A DNA stretch of 64,000 nt from Negativicutes bacterium. GTDB lineage: Bacteria > Bacillota > Negativicutes > JBAXTZ01. Every line of letters begins with the position of its first letter. The stretch's first letter is position 1. The DNA lies in assembly GCA_041666525.1 (NCBI GenBank), contig JBAYGT010000001.1:334426-398425 (forward strand). Direction: 5' to 3'. The translations under genes and the position numbers were made by a program. The notes under the pieces were generated by a model. It worked only from the letters and a program-made list of their open reading frames with translations. It had not been told where the DNA came from and ran no database searches. Shown here piece after piece: positions 1 to 10,928 of this stretch.

Positions 1-600
<600 letters not shown>

Positions 601-665
601 TTATATTTAATAATGATAACTGAAAGTTATTTAACAGTAATTCTGTCAACAATGTGTAGATTTTA

Positions 666-1250
666 TTATTTCGCTGCTACTTTTACCATACTCGGTCGGA
701 TAACCTTCCCGCGCAGGCTGTAACCCTTTTGTAACTCTTCGACAACAGTATCGTCAGCATGTTCTTCACTTTCGACACGCATTACTGCGTTATGAAGATT
801 TGGATCAAATTCACAACCACAAGCATTGATACTTTCGACACCTACCTGAGTGAGAAAATCGACAAATAACCGGTGGATCAATTCAAATCCTTTAGTAATT
901 GTCTCGACATCTTTGTCACCGCTACTCAAACCGCGTTCGAAGCTGTCGATAACCGGCAGCATCTTGCAAACTACTTCTTCAGTAGCACGGTTAATCAAAT
1001 CTTCTTTTTCTTTTTGCGTCCGGCGGCGATAGTTATCAAATTCTGCTTGCAACCGCAATAACCGGTCTTGCAGATCAGCTGAAGCTTTGCTTTGCTCGTC
1101 AATCTGCTGGTTCAAATCATTTATTAGTTGCGCTGTTTCGTCAACTACATCGTCCGAGTTCCCATGATTGCAAGCACAATCGCATTTACCACCGCAGCCT
1201 GCAATCTCATCTTCCGGCTTATCTTCAATCTTGTTTTTATGTTTGCTCAT
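666..1250 (-). CDS. grpE: Nucleotide exchange factor GrpE with an unusual Cys-rich N-terminal segment
   Basis: 194-aa ORF with a GrpE-type coiled coil (LQAEFDNYRRRTQKE) and C-terminal beta domain (LRGKVIRPSMVKV). RBS GGAGG. Located directly upstream of dnaK. Confidence 0.9.
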   Translation of the reverse strand: MSKHKNKIEDKPEDEIAGCGGKCDCACNHGNSDDVVDETAQLINDLNQQIDEQSKASADLQDRLLRLQAEFDNYRRRTQKEKEDLINRATEEVVCKMLPVIDSFERGLSSGDKDVETITKGFELIHRLFVDFLTQVGVESINACGCEFDPNLHNAVMRVESEEHADDTVVEELQKGYSLRGKVIRPSMVKVAAK

Positions 1251-1261
1251 TAATTACCTCC

Positions 1262-2842
1262 TTAATAATCCCTGATTTCGCTATCAACATCAGCCGCGCG
1301 CGCGCCTTCGCTCTCATCTTTTTTCTTGATAATCGTGTCGATTCGCAGTATCGCTACTGCAACTTCGCCGGCGGCTTTTATTGCGTGACGTTTTACCAAA
1401 GTCGGATCAATTATACCTCGTTCTAACATATCCATTGTGCCGCCACTGTCGCAATCGATGCCAATGCTGTCTGACTGAGCGCTGCGTTGCGCCGCGACAA
1501 CTTCTTCAAGCTTTTCCAGATGATTAAAACCGGCATTGTCGACTATTTGCGACAACGGCCGTTCCAGCGCTTTCACTACACAATCCAAGCCATAAGCCGA
1601 CATGCCTTTTAATTCTTCACGCCGGGCTTTTATCTCCGAAGCAATGGCAATTTCCAATGCTCCGCCGCCAGGAACATAGCCACCTCTCACCGCGGCTTGC
1701 ACGCTGCTGGCGGCATCTTTGGCAATTCGTTCGCGTTCGCCTACTACTTCAGCAGTAGCCGCGCTAACCAAAATCGTTGCCATCGGTTTACCGCGACCGC
1801 CGATAACACGGATGTGCTCAAGCTTTTCATCTTCGTAAATCAACTCGGCCGAACCGAGATATTTTTTTAAGTCATCAACGCTTTTGCGCAAACCGGTGCG
1901 TTTAATCATCCGCGCGCCACAATGTTCGGCAGTACGTTTCAAATCGCGGCCGGCAACACGTTGGATAACCATAATTCCGGCATCGCTCAGAATCTCTTCG
2001 GCAGCCTCGTGCACCGCCCGGTCCACCAAAACCGCAGTAACGCCCAGCTCAACAATTTTTTTAACGTTTTCCTTGAATTCTTCCTGCAAATCCATGAACC
2101 GCTTAAACCCGGCTTCAGTGCCTAACGCCTCGTCGCCCAGTTCTTCCGGCTCAAGGCCGTCGTCAATCAGCAACAATCTGGCATTTTCCACCCGCTCCGG
2201 CATTTCACTGTTCATGCGCTCGCGATCGATTATCACGCCCATGAAAACCTCGTTTTGAGCGCCCGCTTCAGAAATAATGATATCCGACAACTTGAAATTG
2301 TTCTCGTGCAATTTTTCCTTACCGATTAACCGCGCAGCTTCCAATACCAGCTCGGCGATATCCTCATTCTCACGTCCGGCAATCATCGCGATATTGCGCA
2401 ACACTGGCGAACTCAGGTCGTCAATTTTGCGGCTATGACTGTCCAAAATATCCAGGCACATCTTCGTGCCCACTTTTACACCTTCGATAATCCGCGACAC
2501 CGGAACGCCGCGCAGTACCTGCCCAACACCTTCACCGATCAACGCCCCAGCCAGTACTGATGCCGTCGTTGTGCCATCGCCAATTTCTGCCTGTTGAGCT
2601 TTGGCAATATTTATCAGCATCTTCGCCGCCGGATGATTCACGTCCATTTTATCGAGAATAGTCACACCATCGTTGGTGATGATAACTTCACCAAACCGGT
2701 CAACCAGCATCGTATCCAGACCTTTAGGTCCGATAGTGCCTTCGACAGCTCCGGTAATCGCACGCACAGCGTTAGCATTCGCCAACAGCGCAGCCAGCGA
2801 CTCATCTATATCATTACCACCGGTCATTTGTTTCAAATTCAT
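1262..2842 (-). CDS. Thermosome/CCT-like (group II/III) chaperonin
   Basis: 526-aa ORF with group II chaperonin motifs [24 protein letters not shown] and VPGGGA; it is not GroEL-like. Lies between hrcA and grpE with 11-13 nt gaps. Confidence 0.85.
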   Translation of the reverse strand: MNLKQMTGGNDIDESLAALLANANAVRAITGAVEGTIGPKGLDTMLVDRFGEVIITNDGVTILDKMDVNHPAAKMLINIAKAQQAEIGDGTTTASVLAGALIGEGVGQVLRGVPVSRIIEGVKVGTKMCLDILDSHSRKIDDLSSPVLRNIAMIAGRENEDIAELVLEAARLIGKEKLHENNFKLSDIIISEAGAQNEVFMGVIIDRERMNSEMPERVENARLLLIDDGLEPEELGDEALGTEAGFKRFMDLQEEFKENVKKIVELGVTAVLVDRAVHEAAEEILSDAGIMVIQRVAGRDLKRTAEHCGARMIKRTGLRKSVDDLKKYLGSAELIYEDEKLEHIRVIGGRGKPMATILVSAATAEVVGERERIAKDAASSVQAAVRGGYVPGGGALEIAIASEIKARREELKGMSAYGLDCVVKALERPLSQIVDNAGFNHLEKLEEVVAAQRSAQSDSIGIDCDSGGTMDMLERGIIDPTLVKRHAIKAAGEVAVAILRIDTIIKKKDESEGARAADVDSEIRDY

Positions 2843-2855
2843 AATTCCTCTTCTC

Positions 2856-3884
2856 TCAAGCGGCGTAGCGTTTAATTAACTCCGCCATGTATTTTGCCAT
2901 GAAATCAATTGTTGAAATTATTTTGCCATAGTGCATCCTGGTCGGACCAAGAACAGCAATCTTACCGGTCGTTTCATCATCCAGTCGAAAATCCGCCTGA
3001 ACGATACTACAATCCCGGATACCACTAAACTTATTTTCATGCCCGATTGTAATTACCGTACCCGCTGAATCTGACCGATGGAGAATATCACACATCAGTT
3101 TTTGCTCATCAAGCATATTCAACAATGAACGCACCCGCTCAACTTCGCGAAACTCCGGCTGATTAAGCAACTGAGTAGCTCCGCCCAAAAACAACTGTTC
3201 TGACGAACCTTTCTTGTTGGTGTTACGCAAAACATTCAGAAAACTCTCGAACACCGCTGCGTCCGGAAGCAAGCGCGACTGGAGCGCATTGACTTCTTCA
3301 AAAGAAATTTCACTGACCCGTTTTTCGGCAAACGCATCATTTACTACTTTAGCCACCCGGCGTAAATCTTCGACGATAATATCTTTACTACTTTCAATGA
3401 TTTTATTATCGAGAACTCCGTTCTTGCCGACCACAACCATAATCGCACGCCGGGCATCCAACGGTAAAAACTCAACATATTTAAAAATATCCTTGGCGTC
3501 TTTACGCGCAACCATTAGCGCAACATTATGCGTTGTGTGCGACAAAATCCGTACCGTCTCCTGAAAAACTTCACTCACTTGACGGGTGCGTTCGTCATAC
3601 CACTTTTTTATCAGTGCTACTTCTTTGTCGGTAATACCTATTGGTGCCATCAACCAATCAACATAAAACCGATAGCCTTTGGACGACGGAATACGTCCGG
3701 CGGAAGTGTGCGGCTGTTCCAAAAAACCCAGATGCTCCAAATCAGCCATTTCGTTGCGAATGGTCGCCGCACTGATATTAATATTCATTTTGCGGGCGAT
3801 CGTGCGCGAGCCAATCGGCTCTGCCGTCGCAATAAAATCTTCTATGATCGCCTGAAGAATTAGCTTCTTCCGTTCATCAAGCAT
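2856..3884 (-). CDS. hrcA: Heat-inducible transcription repressor HrcA
   Basis: The ORF-track start at 3890 is a GTG inside the RBS. The ATG at 3884 (GAGGTGCAG-ATG) gives [17 protein letters not shown]..., a typical HrcA N-terminus. CIRCE lies immediately upstream. Confidence 0.9.
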   Translation of the reverse strand: MLDERKKLILQAIIEDFIATAEPIGSRTIARKMNINISAATIRNEMADLEHLGFLEQPHTSAGRIPSSKGYRFYVDWLMAPIGITDKEVALIKKWYDERTRQVSEVFQETVRILSHTTHNVALMVARKDAKDIFKYVEFLPLDARRAIMVVVGKNGVLDNKIIESSKDIIVEDLRRVAKVVNDAFAEKRVSEISFEEVNALQSRLLPDAAVFESFLNVLRNTNKKGSSEQLFLGGATQLLNQPEFREVERVRSLLNMLDEQKLMCDILHRSDSAGTVITIGHENKFSGIRDCSIVQADFRLDDETTGKIAVLGPTRMHYGKIISTIDFMAKYMAELIKRYAA

Positions 3885-3902
3885 CTGCACCTCGTTTTCT
3901 TG

Positions 3903-3929
3903 TTAGCACTCACCTTGTTGGAGTGCTAA
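3903..3929 (-). promoter_or_regulatory. CIRCE operator (HrcA binding site)
   Basis: Perfect inverted repeat TTAGCACTC-N9-GAGTGCTAA, read directly at 3903-3929, 19 nt upstream of the hrcA start. Confidence 0.95.
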
Positions 3930-3941
3930 CGCTCAAGCAAT

Positions 3942-3970
3942 ATATTATACCCTCGTGTAATAAAAGTCAA
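3942..3970 (-). promoter_or_regulatory. Sigma-A-type promoter of the hrcA operon
   Basis: On the minus strand, TTGACT is followed by TATAAT/TAATAT (spacing 15-17 nt), just upstream of CIRCE. This is the classical arrangement for class I heat-shock operons. Confidence 0.55.
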
Positions 3971-4016
3971 GCAAAATTTAGAATAACTGTATCATATATT
4001 GGCTATTTTCAGTTCA

Positions 4017-5165
4017 TTATATGAATTCTGCAAAAACCTGATTTCCGAATTTAAATCCGGATTCAGTAAGAAAAATATGCTGCCCGTTTTTATTCAACCA
4101 GCCGCTTTTGTAACAAATGACCAACGCCTCGGCAAACACCGTTTCAAAATTTTCGGCAAACAGTTCAAAAAAATCAGCTAAGCAAATCCCAGCTGCGGTT
4201 CGCAGACCGAGAAAAGCATATTCTGACATCGCGTCTGTCTTCCTAAGTGTAGTTTGTTCTCTAATCGCCGAAATGCTTTCTGTGATTGCTTCAATATACT
4301 TGTGCACGCTATTAACATTAGTCGAGCGTACCCCGTCGCAAAACATCGCTGCCGATGCACCAAAACCAAGATACGGTTGGTATTGCCAATACTTCAAATT
4401 ATGACGGCATTCATAACCAGCCAAAGCATAATTGGATATTTCATAACGCGCGAATTTTCTGCTGGCAAGTTCGTGTATCGCGGCATCGTACATTTCATCT
4501 TCAATTTCTTCCGTAGGCAGTTCAAGCTCGCCGCCCTCCAGCGCCGCGGCAAATTTCGTACCTGTTTCGATTTTTAAAGTATACAACGAAATATGTTTCG
4601 CGCCAAAATCTATTGCTGTTCCTACGCTGTCCAAGAGCCTTTCACTGGTTTGCCCGGGCAGCCCCGATAATAAATCTACATTAATATTGTTATAACCGCC
4701 AGCACGCAACAACGTTAAAGCGGCTCGCGCATCCTGGCTGCTGTGAATTCGCCCACAGTCGCGCAGCAAATCATCATCAAATGACTGCACACCGACACTC
4801 ACGCGATTAAATCCAGCCATACGCCAAGCTGTAACCTTCGCTTCACTAATAGTTCCCGGATTGGCTTCGAGTGAAATTTCGCAATTCGCGCTAAATTGAA
4901 AAGTATGTCGGAGCGCCGCAAGTATCCACGTCAAAAACTCCGGCGGCAATAGCGAAGGCGTGCCGCCGCCGAAAAATATTGTATCAGCAGCCATGCCACG
5001 ATATTTTGATGTCGCTATTTCTTCACACACTGCATCCGTGTATCTTGCAAAATAACTGTCGCCATCTTCTATAGAAGCAAAATCACAATAACCGCATTTC
5101 TTTACACAAAACGGAATATGCACATATATCCCCAAGGGCTGAGTCATCATTTTTTCGATCCACAT
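4017..5165 (-). CDS. hemW: Radical SAM heme chaperone HemW (HemN-like, oxygen-independent coproporphyrinogen oxidase family)
   Basis: 382 aa with the CxxxCxxC radical SAM motif (FCVKKCGYCDF). Its position between lepA and hrcA matches Bacillus. Confidence 0.85.
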   Translation of the reverse strand: MWIEKMMTQPLGIYVHIPFCVKKCGYCDFASIEDGDSYFARYTDAVCEEIATSKYRGMAADTIFFGGGTPSLLPPEFLTWILAALRHTFQFSANCEISLEANPGTISEAKVTAWRMAGFNRVSVGVQSFDDDLLRDCGRIHSSQDARAALTLLRAGGYNNINVDLLSGLPGQTSERLLDSVGTAIDFGAKHISLYTLKIETGTKFAAALEGGELELPTEEIEDEMYDAAIHELASRKFARYEISNYALAGYECRHNLKYWQYQPYLGFGASAAMFCDGVRSTNVNSVHKYIEAITESISAIREQTTLRKTDAMSEYAFLGLRTAAGICLADFFELFAENFETVFAEALVICYKSGWLNKNGQHIFLTESGFKFGNQVFAEFI

Positions 5166-5375
5166 ATTAACCTCAAAGCAAATCCGAAATTTTAAAATTG
5201 AGACAGTAACGCGAGACTATTATATAAAATTTAGCGGCTATTTGCTCGCAAGCCGCAAAAAACTCTGCCACATGCAAAGTTTAACTTTATTAACACCGTT
5301 TTCGGCTGACAATTATTTCCCCAGGATTCAAATTGCTCAGCGATGCGCGATTTCCAAAAACTAATACTTACTATG

Positions 5376-5416
5376 ACAAAAATATGACCGCAAACATTCT
5401 GTTCACGGTCATATTT
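5376..5416 (-). terminator. Rho-independent terminator after lepA
   Basis: Perfect 10-bp stem aatatgaccg / cggtcatatt (5381-5390 / 5406-5415) with a 15-nt loop, followed on the minus strand by TTTTTG. Confidence 0.7.
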
Positions 5417-5420
5417 TTAA

Positions 5421-7220
5421 TTAGTCCATCTTCAATATCGCCATGAATGCTTCTTGCGGAAGTTCGACACTGCCGACTTGTTTCATGCGTTTCTTGCCTT
5501 CTTTTTGTTTTTCCAGCAATTTGCGTTTACGCGATATATCGCCGCCGTAGCATTTTGCCAAAACGTCTTTGCGCAGTGCTTTTACTGTCTCACGCGCGAT
5601 TACTTTGCTGCCGATTGCCGCCTGAATCGGAATCTCGAAGTTTTGCCGCGGTATAATGCCGCGCAATTTTTCGACCAACAACCGTCCGCGCACCTGCGCG
5701 CGATCACGATGAACAATCGCGGACAATGCATCTACCGGTTCACCGTTTAGCAGCACGTCGAGTTTTGCCAGTTTGGATTCGCGATAGCCAATCATTTCAT
5801 AGTCCAGCGACGCATAGCCGCGCGTGACTGTTTTTAGTTTATCGAAATAATCAAAAATTATCTCCGATAATGGCAATTCGTAAACAACCATTACCCTGGT
5901 CTGATCAAGATATTTTATTTCGCCGAATATGCCACGTTTTTCCTGTGACAACTCCATAACTGCTCCAACATAGTCATTGGGAACAATTATCGTCGCCTTT
6001 ACATACGGTTCCTCGATTCGTTCCAGGTACTGTACGTCCGGCAGATGTGACGGATTGTCGATGTCAAAAGTCTCGCCATCAGTTTTAAACACCCGATAAA
6101 TAACGTTTGGCGCAGTTGTAATCAATGAAAGATCATATTCACGCTCCAAGCGCTCCTGTACAACGTCCATATGCAGCAACCCAAGAAATCCGGCGCGAAA
6201 ACCAAATCCTAGCGCTACCGAAGTTTCCGCTTCAAACACCAACGCGGCGTCGTTCAACTGCAATTTTTCTAATGCGTCCCGCAAGTTATCATAATCTTTG
6301 GTCTCTACCGGATACAAGCCGCAAAACACCATCGGATTAGCCTTTTTATAACCCGGAAGCGGTTGCGACACGCCTTTTTCCGCATAGGTAACTGTATCGC
6401 CGACGCTGGTATCGCCAACAGTTTTAATACTGGCGGTAAAGAAACCGACATCGCCCGGGCCAAGTTCAGGTACTAGTGTAGGTGTCGGCCGGAAAACGCC
6501 AACTTCATTAACTTCAAACACCTTATCCGTTGCCATCATCCGCACCCGTGTTCCCTGGGCAATTCTGCCATCAACTACACGAATATATACCACGACGCCG
6601 CGGTAAGAATCGAAATGCGAATCAAATATCAACGCCGTTAACGGTGCATCAATGTCGCCCTGTGGTGGCGGCACCAGCGCGACGACGCGTTCCAGCAATT
6701 CTTCGATTCCCTGTCCGGTTTTGGCGCTGATTAACAGCGCGTCATCCGCCGGAATACCAATAATTTCTTCAATCTCATGTTTGCAACGTTCAGGATCTGC
6801 GCTCGGCAAATCAATTTTGTTGATTACCGGAATAATCTCAAGATTGTTATCTAACGCCAAATACACGTTCGCCAGTGTCTGCGCTTCAATGCCTTGGGAA
6901 GCATCCACCACCAAAATCGCACCCTCACAGGCAGCCAGGCTCCGCGAAACTTCATAAGTAAAATCCACATGGCCAGGAGTATCGATAAGATGCAATTTGT
7001 ATTGCTCACCGTTTTTCGCAGTGTAATTTAGTGCCACTGCCTGCAACTTTATCGTAATACCACGTTCTTGCTCTAATTCCAATTGGTCAAGCATCTGTCC
7101 GTGCGTCATTTCACGCGCTGACAGAGCACCGGTCATTTCTAATATCCGATCAGCGAGCGTTGATTTTCCGTGATCAATATGGGCAATTATTGAAAAATTT
7201 CTTGTTTTCGCTATATTCAT
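5421..7220 (-). CDS. lepA: Elongation factor 4 (LepA)
   Basis: 599 aa, N-terminus [18 protein letters not shown], with a translational GTPase G-domain and the LepA C-terminal domain. Confidence 0.95.
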   Translation of the reverse strand: MNIAKTRNFSIIAHIDHGKSTLADRILEMTGALSAREMTHGQMLDQLELEQERGITIKLQAVALNYTAKNGEQYKLHLIDTPGHVDFTYEVSRSLAACEGAILVVDASQGIEAQTLANVYLALDNNLEIIPVINKIDLPSADPERCKHEIEEIIGIPADDALLISAKTGQGIEELLERVVALVPPPQGDIDAPLTALIFDSHFDSYRGVVVYIRVVDGRIAQGTRVRMMATDKVFEVNEVGVFRPTPTLVPELGPGDVGFFTASIKTVGDTSVGDTVTYAEKGVSQPLPGYKKANPMVFCGLYPVETKDYDNLRDALEKLQLNDAALVFEAETSVALGFGFRAGFLGLLHMDVVQERLEREYDLSLITTAPNVIYRVFKTDGETFDIDNPSHLPDVQYLERIEEPYVKATIIVPNDYVGAVMELSQEKRGIFGEIKYLDQTRVMVVYELPLSEIIFDYFDKLKTVTRGYASLDYEMIGYRESKLAKLDVLLNGEPVDALSAIVHRDRAQVRGRLLVEKLRGIIPRQNFEIPIQAAIGSKVIARETVKALRKDVLAKCYGGDISRKRKLLEKQKEGKKRMKQVGSVELPQEAFMAILKMD

Positions 7221-7269
7221 TTTTTCTCCACTACCAATTTAGTTGGTTCATTATTATAACAGTCGTTCC

Positions 7270-7308
7270 AAAAAAAAGAAAGAAGCGCGCCAGAATCTGC
7301 ACGCCTCT
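7270..7308 (-). terminator. Probable rho-independent terminator after the TPR gene
   Basis: Imperfect GC-rich hairpin (AGAGGCG...CGCTTCT on the minus strand) followed by TTCTTTTTTTT. Confidence 0.4.
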
Positions 7309-7326
7309 ATTGACTCTTCCTAATTA

Positions 7327-8670
7327 TCAAATATCCAGCACCGTCGTCACCGTCAAATCTTTAATACGTTTTTGTGCTTTTGCAACTTCCGGACGATTTG
7401 GTTCGGCAAGCGTGATAAATTTTTTGTACGCTTCAACGGTCTGGGTAATTATTTTACTGGGATCACCACTACTTTTGTTGTTCTTAATTAAATATAATTT
7501 TTGATACAGCGCCGTAGCCTTGTTATAGTAACCGTCAGCGTAGCTCGGTAAAAGTTTTGTGGTTTGATCAAAACAATTTATTGCATTATCGACATCGCCC
7601 TTGAGCATATAAATAGTACCGCGATTAAAATACAGATAACCATCGGCTTTTTGCGCAGTAATAACGACATCATAATCTTTGGCGGCTTCATCATATTTGG
7701 CGCCATAAAAATAACAATTTCCGCGATAAGTATAAGCATTTGTCAGATTACTGTCGATACTAATAGTTTTGCTGTAATCTATAATCGCCAGATCATACAT
7801 TTTCAGATTACGATAACAATTGGCACGGTAATAATATTCCTTGGCATCTGGTTTACCCACGGCGATGGCTTCGGTATAAGCGGCAATTGCCGCAGTAAAG
7901 TTGTTTTTCATATATTCGCAGTTGCCAAGATAATAACCGACGTCGTCAGGAAATGCTCCATTACGGCCTGCAGTATTCAAATCGACTATTGCCGCATCAT
8001 AATTATCAAGATAATAATTGGCAACGCCGCGCCATAATAAGGCATAGCTATCGGTTTTGTCAACGGCAACAATTCCATTCAACGTCCGCAAGGCGTCATC
8101 GTTATTATTCGCTGCCAGATCCCAAAAGGTGTCTAACAACGCATATTGTCGTTTGACGACCAACTGGTTAGCGCTCAACGCTTTATCAAGTTCAGTTTTT
8201 CCGGTTCCGGTCACAGTAATATAGTCGCGATTCAAACGATCACTTTCGGCCAGTGCTTGTTTGATATCATCGAGCAGTTTTCGATCGGCCGCCATCAACC
8301 GATTATCATTCTTCAAAACGTCATAACGATCTGAATTAGTTTCAGCGATAATCGACACGGTAATTGTCGTACCGACTATTGATGAAACATCGAGGCTGGT
8401 AATTTTGATCGAGCCAAGTGCCAATGCGGCTATATCCTTGTCAGAATACCCGCTGGCAGCCAACCCCAGTTTTAAATAGATATTGCGTTTGGCATCCGGT
8501 AGCAACGATAAAATCGCAGTTAATTTAGCTTTGTCGACCGATTGATCAAATTTTTCAGCATACCCAATCGAATAGCCAACATTCGTCCGCAAGCCGTCGT
8601 TTGCGTAACAAACTATGCTCGTCATTACAATAATCAGTGCAATCAGCCAACTTAATCTGTATTTATTCAT
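7327..8670 (-). CDS. Exported tetratricopeptide (TPR) repeat protein
   Basis: 447 aa with an N-terminal signal-like segment (LIALIIVMTSIVCYA). The C-terminal half has repeated A-x-x-Y-x-x-A-I/Y-N-x-G 34-residue TPR patterns. Confidence 0.7.
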   Translation of the reverse strand: MNKYRLSWLIALIIVMTSIVCYANDGLRTNVGYSIGYAEKFDQSVDKAKLTAILSLLPDAKRNIYLKLGLAASGYSDKDIAALALGSIKITSLDVSSIVGTTITVSIIAETNSDRYDVLKNDNRLMAADRKLLDDIKQALAESDRLNRDYITVTGTGKTELDKALSANQLVVKRQYALLDTFWDLAANNNDDALRTLNGIVAVDKTDSYALLWRGVANYYLDNYDAAIVDLNTAGRNGAFPDDVGYYLGNCEYMKNNFTAAIAAYTEAIAVGKPDAKEYYYRANCYRNLKMYDLAIIDYSKTISIDSNLTNAYTYRGNCYFYGAKYDEAAKDYDVVITAQKADGYLYFNRGTIYMLKGDVDNAINCFDQTTKLLPSYADGYYNKATALYQKLYLIKNNKSSGDPSKIITQTVEAYKKFITLAEPNRPEVAKAQKRIKDLTVTTVLDI

Positions 8671-8724
8671 AATCTCCCGCTTCAGCTTGTTTCAGCTTAT
8701 AGAACTCAGCTTTCAGCTTTAAAA

Positions 8725-10842
8725 CTATCTCGGTTTGTCAGACTTATTATTGTTGCTGCCAGCTGCTGGCACAGGAGCAGTTGCTGCCGGGTTGACCACG
8801 CCGTCAGTACCGGTCGAAGCACTTGGCAGTCCATTGGCGTTATCATCAGTAGTATTAGCCGTTTTGGTACCATCCGGGCCATTTATTAAAACTTCATTGG
8901 TAACATCCTGCGTTTTTACAGTTGAAGTCAATGGCACGCCGTCTTTTAAGGTCTGACTCGAACCAAAGTTTGCCGGTGGAGCAATAAAGCTTTCTACTGG
9001 TAATTTGGCCGTAGCCTTCAGCATAAATTTTCTCCAAATAACTGCCGGTAAATCGCCACCAGTCACGCCGCGCATCGGCGTTGGAACATCGCACCCCATC
9101 CATACCGCTGCACACAAATTGGGCGTAAAACCGATAAACCAAGCGTCTTTCCAATCACTGGTTGTTCCGGTTTTTCCTGCGGCCGGACGGCCAATTTGTG
9201 CATTAGCGCCGGTGCCGTAACTGATTACATCTTGCATCATATTGTCTAACACTCTGACCACTTGCGCGTCAGCAACTTGTGTTCCTTCCGGACGGTACTG
9301 TTCCAGCACTTTTCCGGTCTCATCTTCAATTCTCAAAATTCCAATCGGTTTCATACGCATGCCATCGTTAGCCAGTGTACCATAGGCCGTTGCCATATCA
9401 ATAAGCGTTGCGCCCTTAGTCAATCCTCCCAAAGCCATAGATAGATTCATGTCGTTTGCTGCGCCGTCGCGTACCAAAGTAGTAATGCCCAGTTTTTCCG
9501 CATCATCAATTACTTTGTCCGGCCCGACGTTATAACACAACCGTGTGGCTATTACATTCAACGAATTCACCAGCGCTTGGCGAATAGTTACCACACCATG
9601 AAATTGATAGTCGTAATTCCGCGGTTCATAATCGCCAAATTTTGTCGGACGATCTTCAACCTGCATGTTTGGCGATATCCCACTTTCCAGCGCTGCTAAA
9701 TAAACGAACGGTTTAAAAGCCGAACCCGGCTGCCGTTCGGCCATTACCGCACGATTAAAGCTGTCCGTGCCCCGGCCGCCAACCATTGCACGAATATTGC
9801 CGGTCTGCGGATCGATTGCAATCAACGCAGCTTGCGGTTGCATTAAGCCGTTTTCATCTTTAAAATAAGTAGGCAAAGTACCGCTGACCGCATTTTCAGC
9901 AGCAAGCTGCATATCCGAGTCAAGCGTTGTATAAACCTTCATATTTGAACGATACACCCGTTGCGCACCGTATTTGTCCACTAGTTTCTGCACAACATAT
10001 TCAATGAAATATGAACCGGTTTTGTTGCGTTTAACATTGTTTTTGTCAAGTTTCAGCGGTTCTTTTCTTGCCGCATCGGCTTGTGCTTCAGTAATATATC
10101 CAGCTTCAACCATGCGATCCAATACCAACGACTGACGTTTTTTGGCGTTTTCCAAATTAATAAACGGAGAGTATGCAGTCGGATTATTGGTGACACCGGC
10201 GATAATTGCACACTCCGCCAAATCCAGTTGCGCAACTTTTTTGTTGAAATATGTCTCGGCGGCACTCTCCACGCCATACGCGCCGGCGCCAAAATAGATT
10301 TGGTTCATATACATTTCGAGAATTTCCGATTTGGAATAGCGCCGCTCCATCATCACTGCCAGAAACTGCTCTTCAACCTTACGAACCAGGTTTTGATTTT
10401 GTGTCAAAAAAGCATTACGCACCAATTGTTGCGTAATCGTACTGCCGCCTTCGACAAACGAACGCGCCTTTAAGTCCACCCACAACGCGCGCACCATCGA
10501 AATCGGATCAATACCGAAATGCTTGTAGAAACGCACATCTTCAGTCGCAACAAAAGCGTTCTGCAAGTCTTTTGGCACAATGCCTATCGACACCGGTTTA
10601 CGGTCTTCACCGCCGTCGCAGGTTGCCAACAACGTGCCGTCAGAATAAAACAACTGAGTAGCAGCGTTAGGATTAAAACCGTTTCTTAATTCCGGAAAGC
10701 GATCCAGAATCGGACCGGAAAGAAAAAAACCAGCCACTGCGCTCACAACAATTGCCGCTAACACCAGTAAAGCTATCTTGACCACCGAGCCGCTTTTCTT
10801 TTCTCCGCCATCATCAACGCCGCGAACACTCTCTTTTCCCAT
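8725..10842 (-). CDS. Class A penicillin-binding protein (bifunctional glycosyltransferase/transpeptidase, PBP1A-like)
   Basis: 705 aa with GT51 motifs EDVRFYKHFG and GGSTITQQL, and transpeptidase motifs SAFKP (SxxK), SLN and KTGTT. Has an N-terminal membrane anchor and a low-complexity C-terminal tail. Confidence 0.9.
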   Translation of the reverse strand: MGKESVRGVDDGGEKKSGSVVKIALLVLAAIVVSAVAGFFLSGPILDRFPELRNGFNPNAATQLFYSDGTLLATCDGGEDRKPVSIGIVPKDLQNAFVATEDVRFYKHFGIDPISMVRALWVDLKARSFVEGGSTITQQLVRNAFLTQNQNLVRKVEEQFLAVMMERRYSKSEILEMYMNQIYFGAGAYGVESAAETYFNKKVAQLDLAECAIIAGVTNNPTAYSPFINLENAKKRQSLVLDRMVEAGYITEAQADAARKEPLKLDKNNVKRNKTGSYFIEYVVQKLVDKYGAQRVYRSNMKVYTTLDSDMQLAAENAVSGTLPTYFKDENGLMQPQAALIAIDPQTGNIRAMVGGRGTDSFNRAVMAERQPGSAFKPFVYLAALESGISPNMQVEDRPTKFGDYEPRNYDYQFHGVVTIRQALVNSLNVIATRLCYNVGPDKVIDDAEKLGITTLVRDGAANDMNLSMALGGLTKGATLIDMATAYGTLANDGMRMKPIGILRIEDETGKVLEQYRPEGTQVADAQVVRVLDNMMQDVISYGTGANAQIGRPAAGKTGTTSDWKDAWFIGFTPNLCAAVWMGCDVPTPMRGVTGGDLPAVIWRKFMLKATAKLPVESFIAPPANFGSSQTLKDGVPLTSTVKTQDVTNEVLINGPDGTKTANTTDDNANGLPSASTGTDGVVNPAATAPVPAAGSNNNKSDKPR

Positions 10843-10928
10843 AGCACTTTCTCCTGCAACTCATAATGTTTATATTTTATAGCATAATCACTGTTCTTAC
10901 CACAAATAATTAGCAAGGTGCGCCAACG

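Noticed and set aside
5228-5252. The hairpin GCGGCT-N11-AGCCGC in the lepA-hemW intergenic region, considered as a possible terminator or small RNA.
   Set aside because: The stem is followed by an A-run on the plus strand and preceded by a T-run on the minus strand, so it is not an intrinsic terminator in either orientation. I could see no conserved riboswitch-like structure.
9172-9180. Additional copies of TTTTCCTGC (GCAGGAAAA on the minus strand) at 9172-9180 and 21669-21677.
   Set aside because: Both are inside coding sequence (PBP1A and the yhfU-like gene). Both lack a GAAT at the 14-15-nt spacing and are not near a gene start, so I treat them as chance occurrences rather than sigma-H-type promoters.
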